IMG/VR virus record: IMGVR_UViG_3300025767_001103
Coordinates: 1-64,000 of that record
Strand: one strand, 5' to 3'
DNA length: 64,000 bases
From: a virus
Shown: one piece after another, positions 50,672 to 60,036 of the stretch
Numbering within the stretch: the stretch's first letter is position 1
Layout: each line of letters begins with the position of its first letter
The notes under the pieces: generated by a model
What the model was told of the DNA's origin: nothing
The model's input: only the letters and a program-made list of their open reading frames with translations
Databases searched by the model: none
Translations under genes and position numbers: made by a program

Positions 50672-52185
50672 GTGATTATAATAAATCAGCAGATATAGCA
50701 GAAGCACAATTAAAGCGTATTTCGCCAAGCATGTGTTATGCTAAGTGGGCACAAATGTCTATGCATTTAACCAACGGCACCACGCATAGTTGTTATCATC
50801 CCCCGCTACATAAAATTGATGTTACGGAAATATTAGACAATCCAAGTGCGTTACATAATACTAAGCAAAAAAAACAAGAACGCAAAGAAATGCTAGCAGG
50901 CAAGAGGCCCGATGGATGTTCATATTGCTGGAAGATTGAAGACCAAGGCGACCGAAGTGACAGAATTTATCGTAGCGGCGAACAATGGGCTCAAAATGCT
51001 AAAACTGATATAATCGAATCATTAGATACCGGCGATGTTATACCGCGTTATGTAGAAGTAAATTTTAATCAAGCATGTAATTTAAAATGTTCGTATTGCA
51101 GTCCGCACCTAAGTACTACATGGGAAGAAGAAGTAAACAAGTTTGGCCCGTACAATGTTGTAGATGATAAAGGTGAAGAAGTTGAACATAATAATATCGA
51201 GTATCTAACAACTGAAGGATTAATGCCGCTGAAAAGCAAGCAAGCAGATAATCCGTATGTAACAGCATTTTGGAAATGGTGGCCAGACTTATACAAGAAG
51301 CTTGAAGTATTTCGTATTACAGGCGGCGAACCTCTAATGGATGTTAATACTTTTAAAGTACTTGACTATATCTATGAAAATCCTAACGCATGGCTAGAAG
51401 TTAGTGTAACTAGTAATTTTTGTCCCCCTAAGCCCGAGCTAATGACTAAGTTTATCGACAAGTTAAAGAGATTAGAAGAAATACAAATTTGGAAGGACGA
51501 CGATCGATTTAATCCTGGTTCAGGTAACAACTGGTATGTTAATATGGCATTAAAGAATGTTGCTGTATTTGTTAGTGTTGATTCTGTAGACGAACAAGCC
51601 GAGTACATTAGAACAGGACTTGACTATAGTGTTATGAAAAAAAATGTAGATACCTTTTTAACAGAAACTAATAACACAACAATGACGTTTATTAATACAT
51701 TTAATGCTCTAAGTATTCCTAAGTTTAAAAACTTTTTAGAATACATACTTAAATTAAGAACACAGTACAGCAAAGATAATCAAGGAACAAAGTATATTCC
51801 CATACATGATCCTTATAGTACACACAACGATTATGAAATACATCCACGCCAGCGCATTTGGTTCGATATCCCAATACTGAGAAATCCTGCCTGGCAAGCA
51901 ATACATATTTTGCCAAAAGAGTTTGATCATTATCTAGAAGAGGCAATTGCATTTATGAAAGCAAATGCAAATACTGATAACTTTGTAGGATTTTATGACT
52001 TTGAAATTGAAAAAGCAGAACGTAATTTGGCAGCATTAAAAGCAAGAAATTTAAGTAGTCCGGAAGCACTCGAAAGAAATCGTCGCAACTTAGTTAAGTA
52101 TTTTGATCAACACGATGCTCGCCGAGGCACAAATTTTTGTAAAACCTTTCCTGAGTTTGCCGAACTGTATAATCAATACTCTTGA
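50668..52185 (+). CDS. Radical SAM enzyme with N-terminal twitch/SPASM-like domain (type A2)
   Basis: CYAKW...THSCYHPP...CSYCW; CNLKCSYC; TGGEPL; HDARRGTNFCKTFPE; close paralogue of 42318-43706. Confidence 0.9.
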   Translation: MSDYNKSADIAEAQLKRISPSMCYAKWAQMSMHLTNGTTHSCYHPPLHKIDVTEILDNPSALHNTKQKKQERKEMLAGKRPDGCSYCWKIEDQGDRSDRIYRSGEQWAQNAKTDIIESLDTGDVIPRYVEVNFNQACNLKCSYCSPHLSTTWEEEVNKFGPYNVVDDKGEEVEHNNIEYLTTEGLMPLKSKQADNPYVTAFWKWWPDLYKKLEVFRITGGEPLMDVNTFKVLDYIYENPNAWLEVSVTSNFCPPKPELMTKFIDKLKRLEEIQIWKDDDRFNPGSGNNWYVNMALKNVAVFVSVDSVDEQAEYIRTGLDYSVMKKNVDTFLTETNNTTMTFINTFNALSIPKFKNFLEYILKLRTQYSKDNQGTKYIPIHDPYSTHNDYEIHPRQRIWFDIPILRNPAWQAIHILPKEFDHYLEEAIAFMKANANTDNFVGFYDFEIEKAERNLAALKARNLSSPEALERNRRNLVKYFDQHDARRGTNFCKTFPEFAELYNQYS

Positions 52186-52210
52186 CATATACAATAATGA
52201 ATGTTATAAT
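52182..52210 (+). promoter_or_regulatory. Perfect-consensus sigma70 promoter with extended -10
   Basis: TTGACA (52182-52187, containing the upstream TGA stop), 17-nt spacer, TGtTATAAT (TATAAT at 52205-52210); ATG 5 nt downstream. Confidence 0.88.
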
Positions 52211-52215
52211 AAACT

Positions 52216-52890
52216 ATGTATGATATTGTATTCATAAGTTATCAAGAACTCAGTGCAGACGAAAACTACGCAGCTCTGAAGGCTAGATTTCCTATGGCCA
52301 AACGAGTACATGGCATTAAAGGAATACATCAAGCACACATTAAAGCTGCAAAGAAATGCTTTACTAAAATGTGTTGGATTGTAGATGCCGATGCAATAAT
52401 ACTGAACGACTTTAACTTTGATTATGTTGTTCCTGAACATCAATTAGATCATGTACACGTATGGCGTAGCCAAAATCCTATCAATGAGTTGGTGTACGGT
52501 TACGGAGGAGTAAAATTATTTCCTCGTAAACTAACAATAGACATGGATTTAACAAAACCAGACATGACTACAAGTATTAGTCCACATTTTATTGCGGTAG
52601 AACAAGTTGCAAACATCACAGCTTTTAATACTGATCCGTTTAACACTTGGAAAAGTGCATTTAGAGAATGTGCAAAGTTGAGTAGTAAAATAATCGATAG
52701 GCAAAATAATGAAGAAACAGAACAAAGACTTGATACTTGGTGTACAAAAGGCATTGAGAGACGCTATGGCGATTACGCTATTGCTGGCGCTAATGCTGGT
52801 AGGGAGTTTGGGATTTCTAATAGGAGCGATATTAGCCTTATAAACAATTTTGAGTGGTTACATGAACAATTTTCAAAACATACCGTTTGA
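52216..52890 (+). CDS. GT2-like glycosyltransferase, copy 2
   Basis: YDIVFISYQE..ADENY...KRVHGIKGIHQAH...WIVDADA (DxD)...YGYGGVK...TWKSAFRE; paralogue of 41398-42321. Confidence 0.72.
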   Translation: MYDIVFISYQELSADENYAALKARFPMAKRVHGIKGIHQAHIKAAKKCFTKMCWIVDADAIILNDFNFDYVVPEHQLDHVHVWRSQNPINELVYGYGGVKLFPRKLTIDMDLTKPDMTTSISPHFIAVEQVANITAFNTDPFNTWKSAFRECAKLSSKIIDRQNNEETEQRLDTWCTKGIERRYGDYAIAGANAGREFGISNRSDISLINNFEWLHEQFSKHTV

Positions 52891-53866
52891 CGACATAACA
52901 AGTTTTGGTCAAAAGACTCTACTAAACACAAATTTGTTCACAGTTAGCTGGATCCTTGCAAGGTTTTGCAATTACAATTGCAGCTATTGCTGGCCCTATG
53001 CTCGAAGTAGCACGCCTGACCACCAAGACTTAGAAATATATACAAATTCCATTGACGAAATAAAACGTCAAGCAAGAGAAAATGGGTTTACCGACTTTCA
53101 CTTTAGCTTTAGTGGCGGCGAACCTACTGCATATAAATACTTTGGGAAGGTCATAGACCATTATTGCAGTGATGCAACTCCTGAGTACCAGAGTATCCAC
53201 ATGACGACCAATCTAAGCCCAGGAAGCAAATGGTGGAACAACTGGTTAGAAGCTACGAGCAGTCTGCAACGTAGGAGTATTACTGCAAGCTATCACGCAG
53301 AGTTTGCAAACGAACAAGAATTTGGAGATAAATGTCTCCAACTTATGAAAGCAGGTGTGTATGTTACAATCAACCAAGTTATGGTTCCTGAAATGTTTCA
53401 AGAGCTTTACGAACGCTTACAACGATTTGCCGCCCGAGGTATTAATGTTACTGTCAAGCCACAGTCCGACCCTACAGCCTCTCATGTTGTATCCGGATAT
53501 ACAGATGTACAACTTAACAAACTGCAAACTGGATTCCCTCAAAGAATCCCAGACGAATTTAAAAAAATAATACCGTTGTTACAGGTAGAATTACAAGACA
53601 AAGACGGTAACATCTATTATATAGACCAAGCAGAACGCTTTAATTCCTTTGGATTTAACAAGTTCAAAGGATGGCATTGCAACGCAGGATACCAAGGATG
53701 CGTCATTAGAGAGAATGAAGTTAAGCGCAGCTACAGTTGCCATGATGAACCCTTAGGCACGTTAGACGGCGGCTTTGAGCTGTTTAAAGCACCTTCTAAG
53801 TGTATTACACCTACTTGTGTAAGTAGCGCAGATAGTAAATTACCAAAGGTAAAGTATGAAAGTTGA
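52862..53866 (+). CDS. Radical SAM enzyme with C-terminal SPASM/twitch-like domain (type B1)
   Basis: CNYNCSYC; FSGGEPT; FKGWHCNAG...SC...CITPTC; start placed at ATG 52862. Confidence 0.88.
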   Translation: MNNFQNIPFDDITSFGQKTLLNTNLFTVSWILARFCNYNCSYCWPYARSSTPDHQDLEIYTNSIDEIKRQARENGFTDFHFSFSGGEPTAYKYFGKVIDHYCSDATPEYQSIHMTTNLSPGSKWWNNWLEATSSLQRRSITASYHAEFANEQEFGDKCLQLMKAGVYVTINQVMVPEMFQELYERLQRFAARGINVTVKPQSDPTASHVVSGYTDVQLNKLQTGFPQRIPDEFKKIIPLLQVELQDKDGNIYYIDQAERFNSFGFNKFKGWHCNAGYQGCVIRENEVKRSYSCHDEPLGTLDGGFELFKAPSKCITPTCVSSADSKLPKVKYES

Positions 53867-54476
53867 TATACAAGACGTTCTATTTTGGATGGATGCAATC
53901 CGTAATAGTGAGGATCGCTATCGTACATTAGAAAGCTTTTGGAAAGGACAAGTTAATAGTAAAGTATGGCTTGCAGAATCTCTAGAGCAGTTTATGCTAT
54001 ACGATAAACAACGAATTGCTATCTATGGAGGCTGGAATGGCGTACTTGCTAGTATTCTTTTTAATAGCAAATTAAACATAGAATATATTACAAGTGTAGA
54101 TATTGATCCCGTATGTGAGGAAATTGCAAATACTGTAAATAAAAAATACGAGATGGAAAAAAGATTTCGAGCATTAACAGCAGATATGTGCGATGACAGG
54201 ATTTCTTTTATGTTAAAATTTTCTAACATAATTATTAACACAAGTTGTGAACATATTACACAAGATCAATATGATAAGTGGTTAGATAATCAGCCAAATG
54301 ATGCATTGTTTGTAATACAAAGCAATAACTATTTTGATCATGAAGAACATATACGATGTTCTACTGACTTAGGTGATTTTGTACGCATGAGCAAAATTAA
54401 ACCGTTGTGGCAAGGCGAGCTCGAAACACCAAAATATGCACGTTATATGATTATAGGCAGAAAGAAAAATGTTTAA
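53856..54476 (+). CDS. Class I SAM-dependent methyltransferase
   Basis: IYGGWNGVLA (motif I), SVDIDP (motif II), ADM, INTSCEH (motif IV). Confidence 0.82.
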   Translation: MKVDIQDVLFWMDAIRNSEDRYRTLESFWKGQVNSKVWLAESLEQFMLYDKQRIAIYGGWNGVLASILFNSKLNIEYITSVDIDPVCEEIANTVNKKYEMEKRFRALTADMCDDRISFMLKFSNIIINTSCEHITQDQYDKWLDNQPNDALFVIQSNNYFDHEEHIRCSTDLGDFVRMSKIKPLWQGELETPKYARYMIIGRKKNV

Positions 54477-55536
54477 ATTTGATCAATTAGAAAATATACA
54501 TTTAGAAATTACAAATCGTTGCCAAGCAAGCTGTCCGATGTGTAGTAGAAACTATCACGGCGGTTTAGAAAATCCATTAATTAAAAATCAAGATTGGACA
54601 ATTGACAATTTTAAACACATTTTGAATAGCGAAGTACTAAACCAAATAAACGGTTTTTACTTTTGTGGAAACTTTGGCGATCCTATTATTAATAACGATT
54701 TAGCAGAAATGTGTAGTTATGCAACTGATGTTAATCCTAGTTTAGAGATTAGAATACACACAAACGGCGGAGCAAGAAGTAAAGATTGGTGGAAGAAACT
54801 TGCAAAAGTATTGCCTAATAAACATTGTGTTATTTTTGCAATTGACGGCTTAGCAGATACACATAGTTTATATCGTATTGGTACTGACTTTGACAACGTA
54901 TTAAAAAATGCAAAAGCATTTATTCAAGCAGGCGGAACAGCAGAATGGGCGTTTATTAAATTTAAACACAACGAGCATCAACAACTTGCTTGTGAAGCAT
55001 TAGCAAAAGAACACGGCTTTGCTAAATTTACATGCAAAGACAGTGCAAGATTTGTTGCTACTGATAAGTTTGAAGTTTTAGATAAAAAAGGTCAGCTCGA
55101 ATATTACCTAGAGCCTCCTACAGGAAGTAACATAACTCTTATAACTCAAGATGTAATTGACAATTATAAAGATGTGGTAGACGCCAGTGAAATAGACTGT
55201 TTTGTTTTAAAACAGAAAGAAATTTATATAACTGCACAAAGAAACATTATGCCTTGCTGTTTTTTAGCAAGTGCTCCGTATAATTATATACACCCTAATG
55301 ATTTAGCTAAAGATATTAGACAAAAGATAAAATCACAGCACTCTAGTCTTATTGCAGATTTAGGAAATACTAATGCTCTTAATCATTCTATAAAAGATGT
55401 AATAGATTCTAATGCTTGGCAAACAGTATGGGACAAGTACTGGCATGCAGAAAAACTAATTACATGTGCTAGAACATGTGGTGTAAATAAACTTAGTAAA
55501 CCCAAAGATCAGTTTATAGACAAGGTAGAGATATAA
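54469..55536 (+). CDS. Radical SAM enzyme with C-terminal Cys-rich domain (type C)
   Basis: LEITNRCQASCPMC; FCGNFGDP; HTNGG; AIDGL; C-terminal C...MPCC...CARTC. Confidence 0.88.
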   Translation: MFKFDQLENIHLEITNRCQASCPMCSRNYHGGLENPLIKNQDWTIDNFKHILNSEVLNQINGFYFCGNFGDPIINNDLAEMCSYATDVNPSLEIRIHTNGGARSKDWWKKLAKVLPNKHCVIFAIDGLADTHSLYRIGTDFDNVLKNAKAFIQAGGTAEWAFIKFKHNEHQQLACEALAKEHGFAKFTCKDSARFVATDKFEVLDKKGQLEYYLEPPTGSNITLITQDVIDNYKDVVDASEIDCFVLKQKEIYITAQRNIMPCCFLASAPYNYIHPNDLAKDIRQKIKSQHSSLIADLGNTNALNHSIKDVIDSNAWQTVWDKYWHAEKLITCARTCGVNKLSKPKDQFIDKVEI

Positions 55537-56921
55537 TGTCAGATTTAGAAAAGTATCAAGCTGAAATTGCAGAAGTAAGCGGCACAGAAACATTTTGTGT
55601 GTTACCTTGGATACATATGGCAACTAGACCAAATGGCGATATGCGATTATGTTGTACATCTAATGCAAGTGGCGCAGGTGATAATCATGAAGTAGGTCTT
55701 GTAAAAATGGAAGATGGCAAACCTGCAAACTTTGGTAAAAATACACCTTTGGAGGCATGGAATAACGATTACATGAAAAGTGTACGTACAACTATGCTTA
55801 ATGGTGAAATCCCTGCAAGTTGTACAGGTTGTTTTAAAGAAGAAAGACAAGGTATTGTAAGTAAGCGTATCTGGGAAACAGGCACTTGGCATCGAGACGA
55901 CAACGGTGTAGATATTCCTGAACTTATTCGTCAAACAAAAGAAGACGGTTCTGTGCCAGAAAATTTAAAATATTTGGATCTAAGATTAGGACATACGTGC
56001 AACATTAAGTGTGTAATGTGTAGCCCGCATGATTCAAGTAAGTGGGTTGCGGACCATAAAAAACTTATTACAGTATTACAAGATCCTGAAGTTAAACGAC
56101 AAATGCAATGGGATCGCAAATTGTTTAATAACAAGTGGCACGAGAAAGATTCATTCTGGAAAGAAATTAATGCACAAATTCCTAACCTAAGACAAGTGTA
56201 CTTTGCTGGAGGCGAGCCTCTAATGATTAAAGAACACAAAATGTTTATTAAAGAAATTATTCGTCAAGGCTATCAAGATAAAATACTATTACGTTATAAC
56301 TCAAACGGATTGCTTGTAGATGAAGAATTAATTGAGCTATGGTCAAAGTTTCATAAAGTTAAATTTGCTGTTAGTGTCGATGCAAGTTTTGAACGTGATG
56401 ATTATATTCGCTTCCCTACAAAATTTGCTGATGTAGAACGCACACTGCATATGCTAGATAACACACCTGACAACATACATATTAGTATGGCAACAGCCGT
56501 GCAAATATTCAATATTAAACACATGCCTGATTTTATAAAGTGGAAAATAAACAGTAATTTTAAAAAGATGAATATTGGTTTAGTAGGCGGAGTAAAAATG
56601 GGAGGCGGATTGGTTAACATGCATCTAGTACATATACCAACGTTTCTTAATATTACAATACTACCAGAACAAGACAAACAAGAAGTGCGTGAACGTTTTG
56701 CAGAACTTAAAACATGGCTATGGGAAAATTACACACAAGACGATGATTTTTGGATACATAATCCATCTGGCTGGTCCAAGTGGGAAGGGTTGTTAACACA
56801 CATGGATTCGGCAGATAACAGTCATTTACTTTCTGGATTTAAAGAGTATGTAAACAAGCTCGATGCTATCCGTGGTTTAAACGCAGCAGCTATATTTCCT
56901 GAACTAGCACACTTGCTATGA
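55536..56921 (+). CDS. Radical SAM enzyme with N-terminal twitch/SPASM-like domain (type A3)
   Basis: FCVLPW...LCC...CTGC; CNIKCVMC; FAGGEPL; LDAIRG...FPEL. Confidence 0.9.
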   Translation: MSDLEKYQAEIAEVSGTETFCVLPWIHMATRPNGDMRLCCTSNASGAGDNHEVGLVKMEDGKPANFGKNTPLEAWNNDYMKSVRTTMLNGEIPASCTGCFKEERQGIVSKRIWETGTWHRDDNGVDIPELIRQTKEDGSVPENLKYLDLRLGHTCNIKCVMCSPHDSSKWVADHKKLITVLQDPEVKRQMQWDRKLFNNKWHEKDSFWKEINAQIPNLRQVYFAGGEPLMIKEHKMFIKEIIRQGYQDKILLRYNSNGLLVDEELIELWSKFHKVKFAVSVDASFERDDYIRFPTKFADVERTLHMLDNTPDNIHISMATAVQIFNIKHMPDFIKWKINSNFKKMNIGLVGGVKMGGGLVNMHLVHIPTFLNITILPEQDKQEVRERFAELKTWLWENYTQDDDFWIHNPSGWSKWEGLLTHMDSADNSHLLSGFKEYVNKLDAIRGLNAAAIFPELAHLL

Positions 56922-57889
56922 AAGAGCTAATTAAAATAGAAACAATGGAGTCTAAAAATAGACTCCGTATAGAGTATATGGTGGGAAACTATTGTAACTA
57001 TAAATGTTTGTATTGCGGCGATTATGCTAACGGTGGAGATACTAGATGGCCAAACGACTACGAGTCATTGATAAAACATTTTACTCATCTATTAGATTTT
57101 TATATAGCAAACGGTAGAGATAGATTTGAAGTAAATCTGTTAGGTGGTGAACCTACACTTTGGCCAAACGTTGCTAAATTTGCTAGAGACTTAAAAGCAA
57201 TGTATAACGTAAAAGTTACAATGACTACAAATGGTAGTAGAACTATTCGATGGTGGGAGAAAAATGCTAAAGCGTTTGATAAAATATTATTCAGCTATCA
57301 CCACAAAGAAGCTGACTTGCCGCATTTTATAAATGTATTAGACACTGTTTACGATCAAGGAATTCCAATGAACACGTTAGTAATGATGGATCCTACTGTT
57401 TGGGACGAGTGTATAGATGCAATAGAACAAATGAAACAAAGTAAAAGACGTTGGTTTATTAGTGCAATGGAAGTTCATCCTCCTCAGTATACCACAGAGC
57501 AGCGTGAGGTATTTAAAAAACATGCTAAGAGAAGGCCGCCCATCTTAAAGGTTTTAAAAGACGAATGGGAAAATGTTATTAAGGGAAGAACTAAACTAAT
57601 ATATAGCGACGGATCTAAAAAGCGTGTAGAACGTAACTATCTTTCAACAAACAATCTAAATAATTTTAAAGGATGGATGTGTAATATAGGATTAGAAAAT
57701 ATTAATATACAAAAAGATGGAAGAATTACAGGCGTATGCGGAAATTTTGTATATGGCGAACAACAACACTATAATCTATATGATCCTGACTTTGTTACTA
57801 AATTTAATCCTAAATTAGTTCCTAGCGTATGTACAAAATGTGTGTGCTGGTGTCAACCTGAACAACTAATGACTAAGTGGAAACCTTAG
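56918..57889 (+). CDS. Radical SAM enzyme (type B2)
   Basis: CNYKCLYC; LLGGEPT; TTNGSR; FKGWMCNIG...C...CTKCVCWC. Confidence 0.88.
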   Translation: MKELIKIETMESKNRLRIEYMVGNYCNYKCLYCGDYANGGDTRWPNDYESLIKHFTHLLDFYIANGRDRFEVNLLGGEPTLWPNVAKFARDLKAMYNVKVTMTTNGSRTIRWWEKNAKAFDKILFSYHHKEADLPHFINVLDTVYDQGIPMNTLVMMDPTVWDECIDAIEQMKQSKRRWFISAMEVHPPQYTTEQREVFKKHAKRRPPILKVLKDEWENVIKGRTKLIYSDGSKKRVERNYLSTNNLNNFKGWMCNIGLENINIQKDGRITGVCGNFVYGEQQHYNLYDPDFVTKFNPKLVPSVCTKCVCWCQPEQLMTKWKP

Positions 57890-58778
57890 TCAACGGAATA
57901 TCAGCAGCACATGTACACCATGTACGTGTACACGTAATAGGAGCAACAGGCGATTCAAATGTTCCGTTATAGATGTTACCTAAACTTCCTCCTACTCTAC
58001 AAGTAGCACGATGTACTTCTCCATCCCAGTTAATCATTAAGCTTTCTAATCCAGCATTGCAAATCCATCCTTCGAACTGATTTAATTTATTCTTAATGAC
58101 ATCGTTAGCATGTATCATATCCTTTTCGTCTATAATACAGTTAGCTTTCACAGTAGAAGTTTTGCTTAGAATCCATTCTAAATCTTTTTCTTTGTAGCGC
58201 ATATCATCAAACCATTCACGGTCATCTGCTTCGGTCCATCGTATGCGTCTACAAACATAGGGAACGTTATGTCCTTCTAGTAAGATAGCTGCTGCTCGTA
58301 CGGCATCCATGTGTTCGTGATGTGCCATAAGATTAACTTGAAACAGTGTAGCCATACCCTCCATATCCAGTAATTGCGAATATCTAACAATGTTTTCAGC
58401 AGCTCGTTGACAGTGTTCGTTATCAAAATGCAAACTAAACACCCACTGATTTACTGGTTGCTTGATATACCATTCTGCACTACGTAACCCGTTAGTTGTA
58501 ACACTAAGCCATTGCAATCTTGCTCTAGCACATTCTAATATGTCATTAATTTTAGGATGCACAGTGGGTTCACCGCCGGTTAAACTAAGACGTATTGCCT
58601 TGCCAATCTTTTCTAATTCGTAGATTGTATTAACCATAACGTCTAAGTCAGTGTGTGGACTAAAGTTATCGTGTATTTCCGCAGGACAATACCCGCAATC
58701 TAAGTTACAGCGTTTTCCTATGTTCCATTCAACATGAATACTAGTATGATGTCCCCAGCGACTTTCTACTTTATACAT
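57873..58778 (-). CDS. Radical SAM enzyme (type B3)
   Basis: CNLDCGYC; LTGGEPT; TTNGLR; FEGWICNAG...C...CTRTWCTC; convergent 17-nt overlap with B2. Confidence 0.88.
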   Translation of the reverse strand: MYKVESRWGHHTSIHVEWNIGKRCNLDCGYCPAEIHDNFSPHTDLDVMVNTIYELEKIGKAIRLSLTGGEPTVHPKINDILECARARLQWLSVTTNGLRSAEWYIKQPVNQWVFSLHFDNEHCQRAAENIVRYSQLLDMEGMATLFQVNLMAHHEHMDAVRAAAILLEGHNVPYVCRRIRWTEADDREWFDDMRYKEKDLEWILSKTSTVKANCIIDEKDMIHANDVIKNKLNQFEGWICNAGLESLMINWDGEVHRATCRVGGSLGNIYNGTFESPVAPITCTRTWCTCAADIPLTKVST

Positions 58779-60036
58779 AAGGCTCGAACTCTGGATTGGT
58801 AGTAAGAAAGTCTTGGCTGCGAGTTTTATCTAATGCACGATTAAAGTTTATACAATCTTGCCAATGTGTGTCGTACATGCACTTTGATTCTAAGAAATTA
58901 ATATTATCTTGTATCTGTTGTAGTGTCACAGTTTCTAATAGTTTGTGTTGCTGTACCAAAGGATATTTTAATACTTCTGTTTTCATTTGTTCTAATCGAT
59001 TAACAACTTTTACTTTTAGTTCAGGAGGGAGTACTTGCGCACTTAAACTCATAGGATAAGTTACACGATGCGAATAAAATACAATGCCTAATTTATTAAT
59101 AAAGTAATCGATTACTTTGTCAATCTGCATAATATTGTTTGCTTGTACAGTAAATGCACCGACTACTCTAGTTACATTAGGAAAACTCTTAAACACTTCG
59201 ATGTTTTCTTCTATTTCGCTAAACTTGCCGTTGCCTCTAATGTACTCGTAAACGTCATGTATACCGTCTATGCTTACGTTTACAGCAACACTTTTAAACT
59301 TAGGCCAATAGTCGTGAATTGTTCTTCCACCTTTAATGCCCAGCGTAGTACCGTTTGTAGCGTACTTAATTTCAATGTTATCACCATACTCTGCAAGTTT
59401 GTCTAGTATCTTGTAGTGATATGGATCCATTAGAGGCTCGCCGCCTGCAAACTCCACACGTCTAAAGAACGGTAGTAGTTTTTCAAAACTTGACCACCAA
59501 TTGTCTGAGTTATCAAACGGTCCAATATATTTGCCAGGTTTGTCTACTAATGATTCTACAATAGGAATTAATAGATTATTTTCTTTTTTATAAAATTCTG
59601 TAACTTGATCCCAGTCTTTCCAACTAGTACTGTCTAACGGGTTACACATACGACATTTTAAGTTACACAAGTTATTAAGTTTAATTTCCATTGTAGGAAG
59701 TTCAAACGGCATTGTATAATCTTCGTTTAATGCGGCTAATGCATTAGGATATAAGTTGACCCTAGCTTCAGGTATTACTCCTGCTGTATGACGCTGTCGT
59801 AAGCTCTGCACACCCTGATCTTCTAGGTCAAAGCACGGTTTACATACCTCTGGACGCTCGTCATTAAGTACTTGTCTACGCACTTCACGCATAGCATCGC
59901 CATTCCAAACTTCTTCTAATGTTTCATCTTGTATGTAACCGATAGGCGCACTTCGGCAGCATACTTTAATAGCACCATCTTCCCTAGTAGCTAATCCTGT
60001 AAAAGGATGCATACAGAATGTACAACTTTTAGACAT
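58771..60036 (-). CDS. Radical SAM enzyme with N-terminal twitch/SPASM-like domain (type A4)
   Basis: FCMHPF...VCC...CKPC; CNLKCRMC; FAGGEPL; LDKTRSQDF...PEF. Confidence 0.9.
   Translation of the reverse strand: MSKSCTFCMHPFTGLATREDGAIKVCCRSAPIGYIQDETLEEVWNGDAMREVRRQVLNDERPEVCKPCFDLEDQGVQSLRQRHTAGVIPEARVNLYPNALAALNEDYTMPFELPTMEIKLNNLCNLKCRMCNPLDSTSWKDWDQVTEFYKKENNLLIPIVESLVDKPGKYIGPFDNSDNWWSSFEKLLPFFRRVEFAGGEPLMDPYHYKILDKLAEYGDNIEIKYATNGTTLGIKGGRTIHDYWPKFKSVAVNVSIDGIHDVYEYIRGNGKFSEIEENIEVFKSFPNVTRVVGAFTVQANNIMQIDKVIDYFINKLGIVFYSHRVTYPMSLSAQVLPPELKVKVVNRLEQMKTEVLKYPLVQQHKLLETVTLQQIQDNINFLESKCMYDTHWQDCINFNRALDKTRSQDFLTTNPEFEPYV

Noticed and set aside
52862-58778. Annotating type B/C radical SAMs as MoaA, NrdG or QueE
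   Set aside because: Only the generic CxxxCxxC and GGEP motifs match; partner genes (moaC, nrdD, queD) are absent from the window and the auxiliary Cys patterns differ.
42318-60036. RiPP cluster with a small precursor peptide for the SPASM/twitch enzymes
   Set aside because: Genes abut or overlap, and I found no credible short ORF with an SD, nor a PqqD/RRE domain, peptidase or transporter. A precursor outside the window cannot be excluded.
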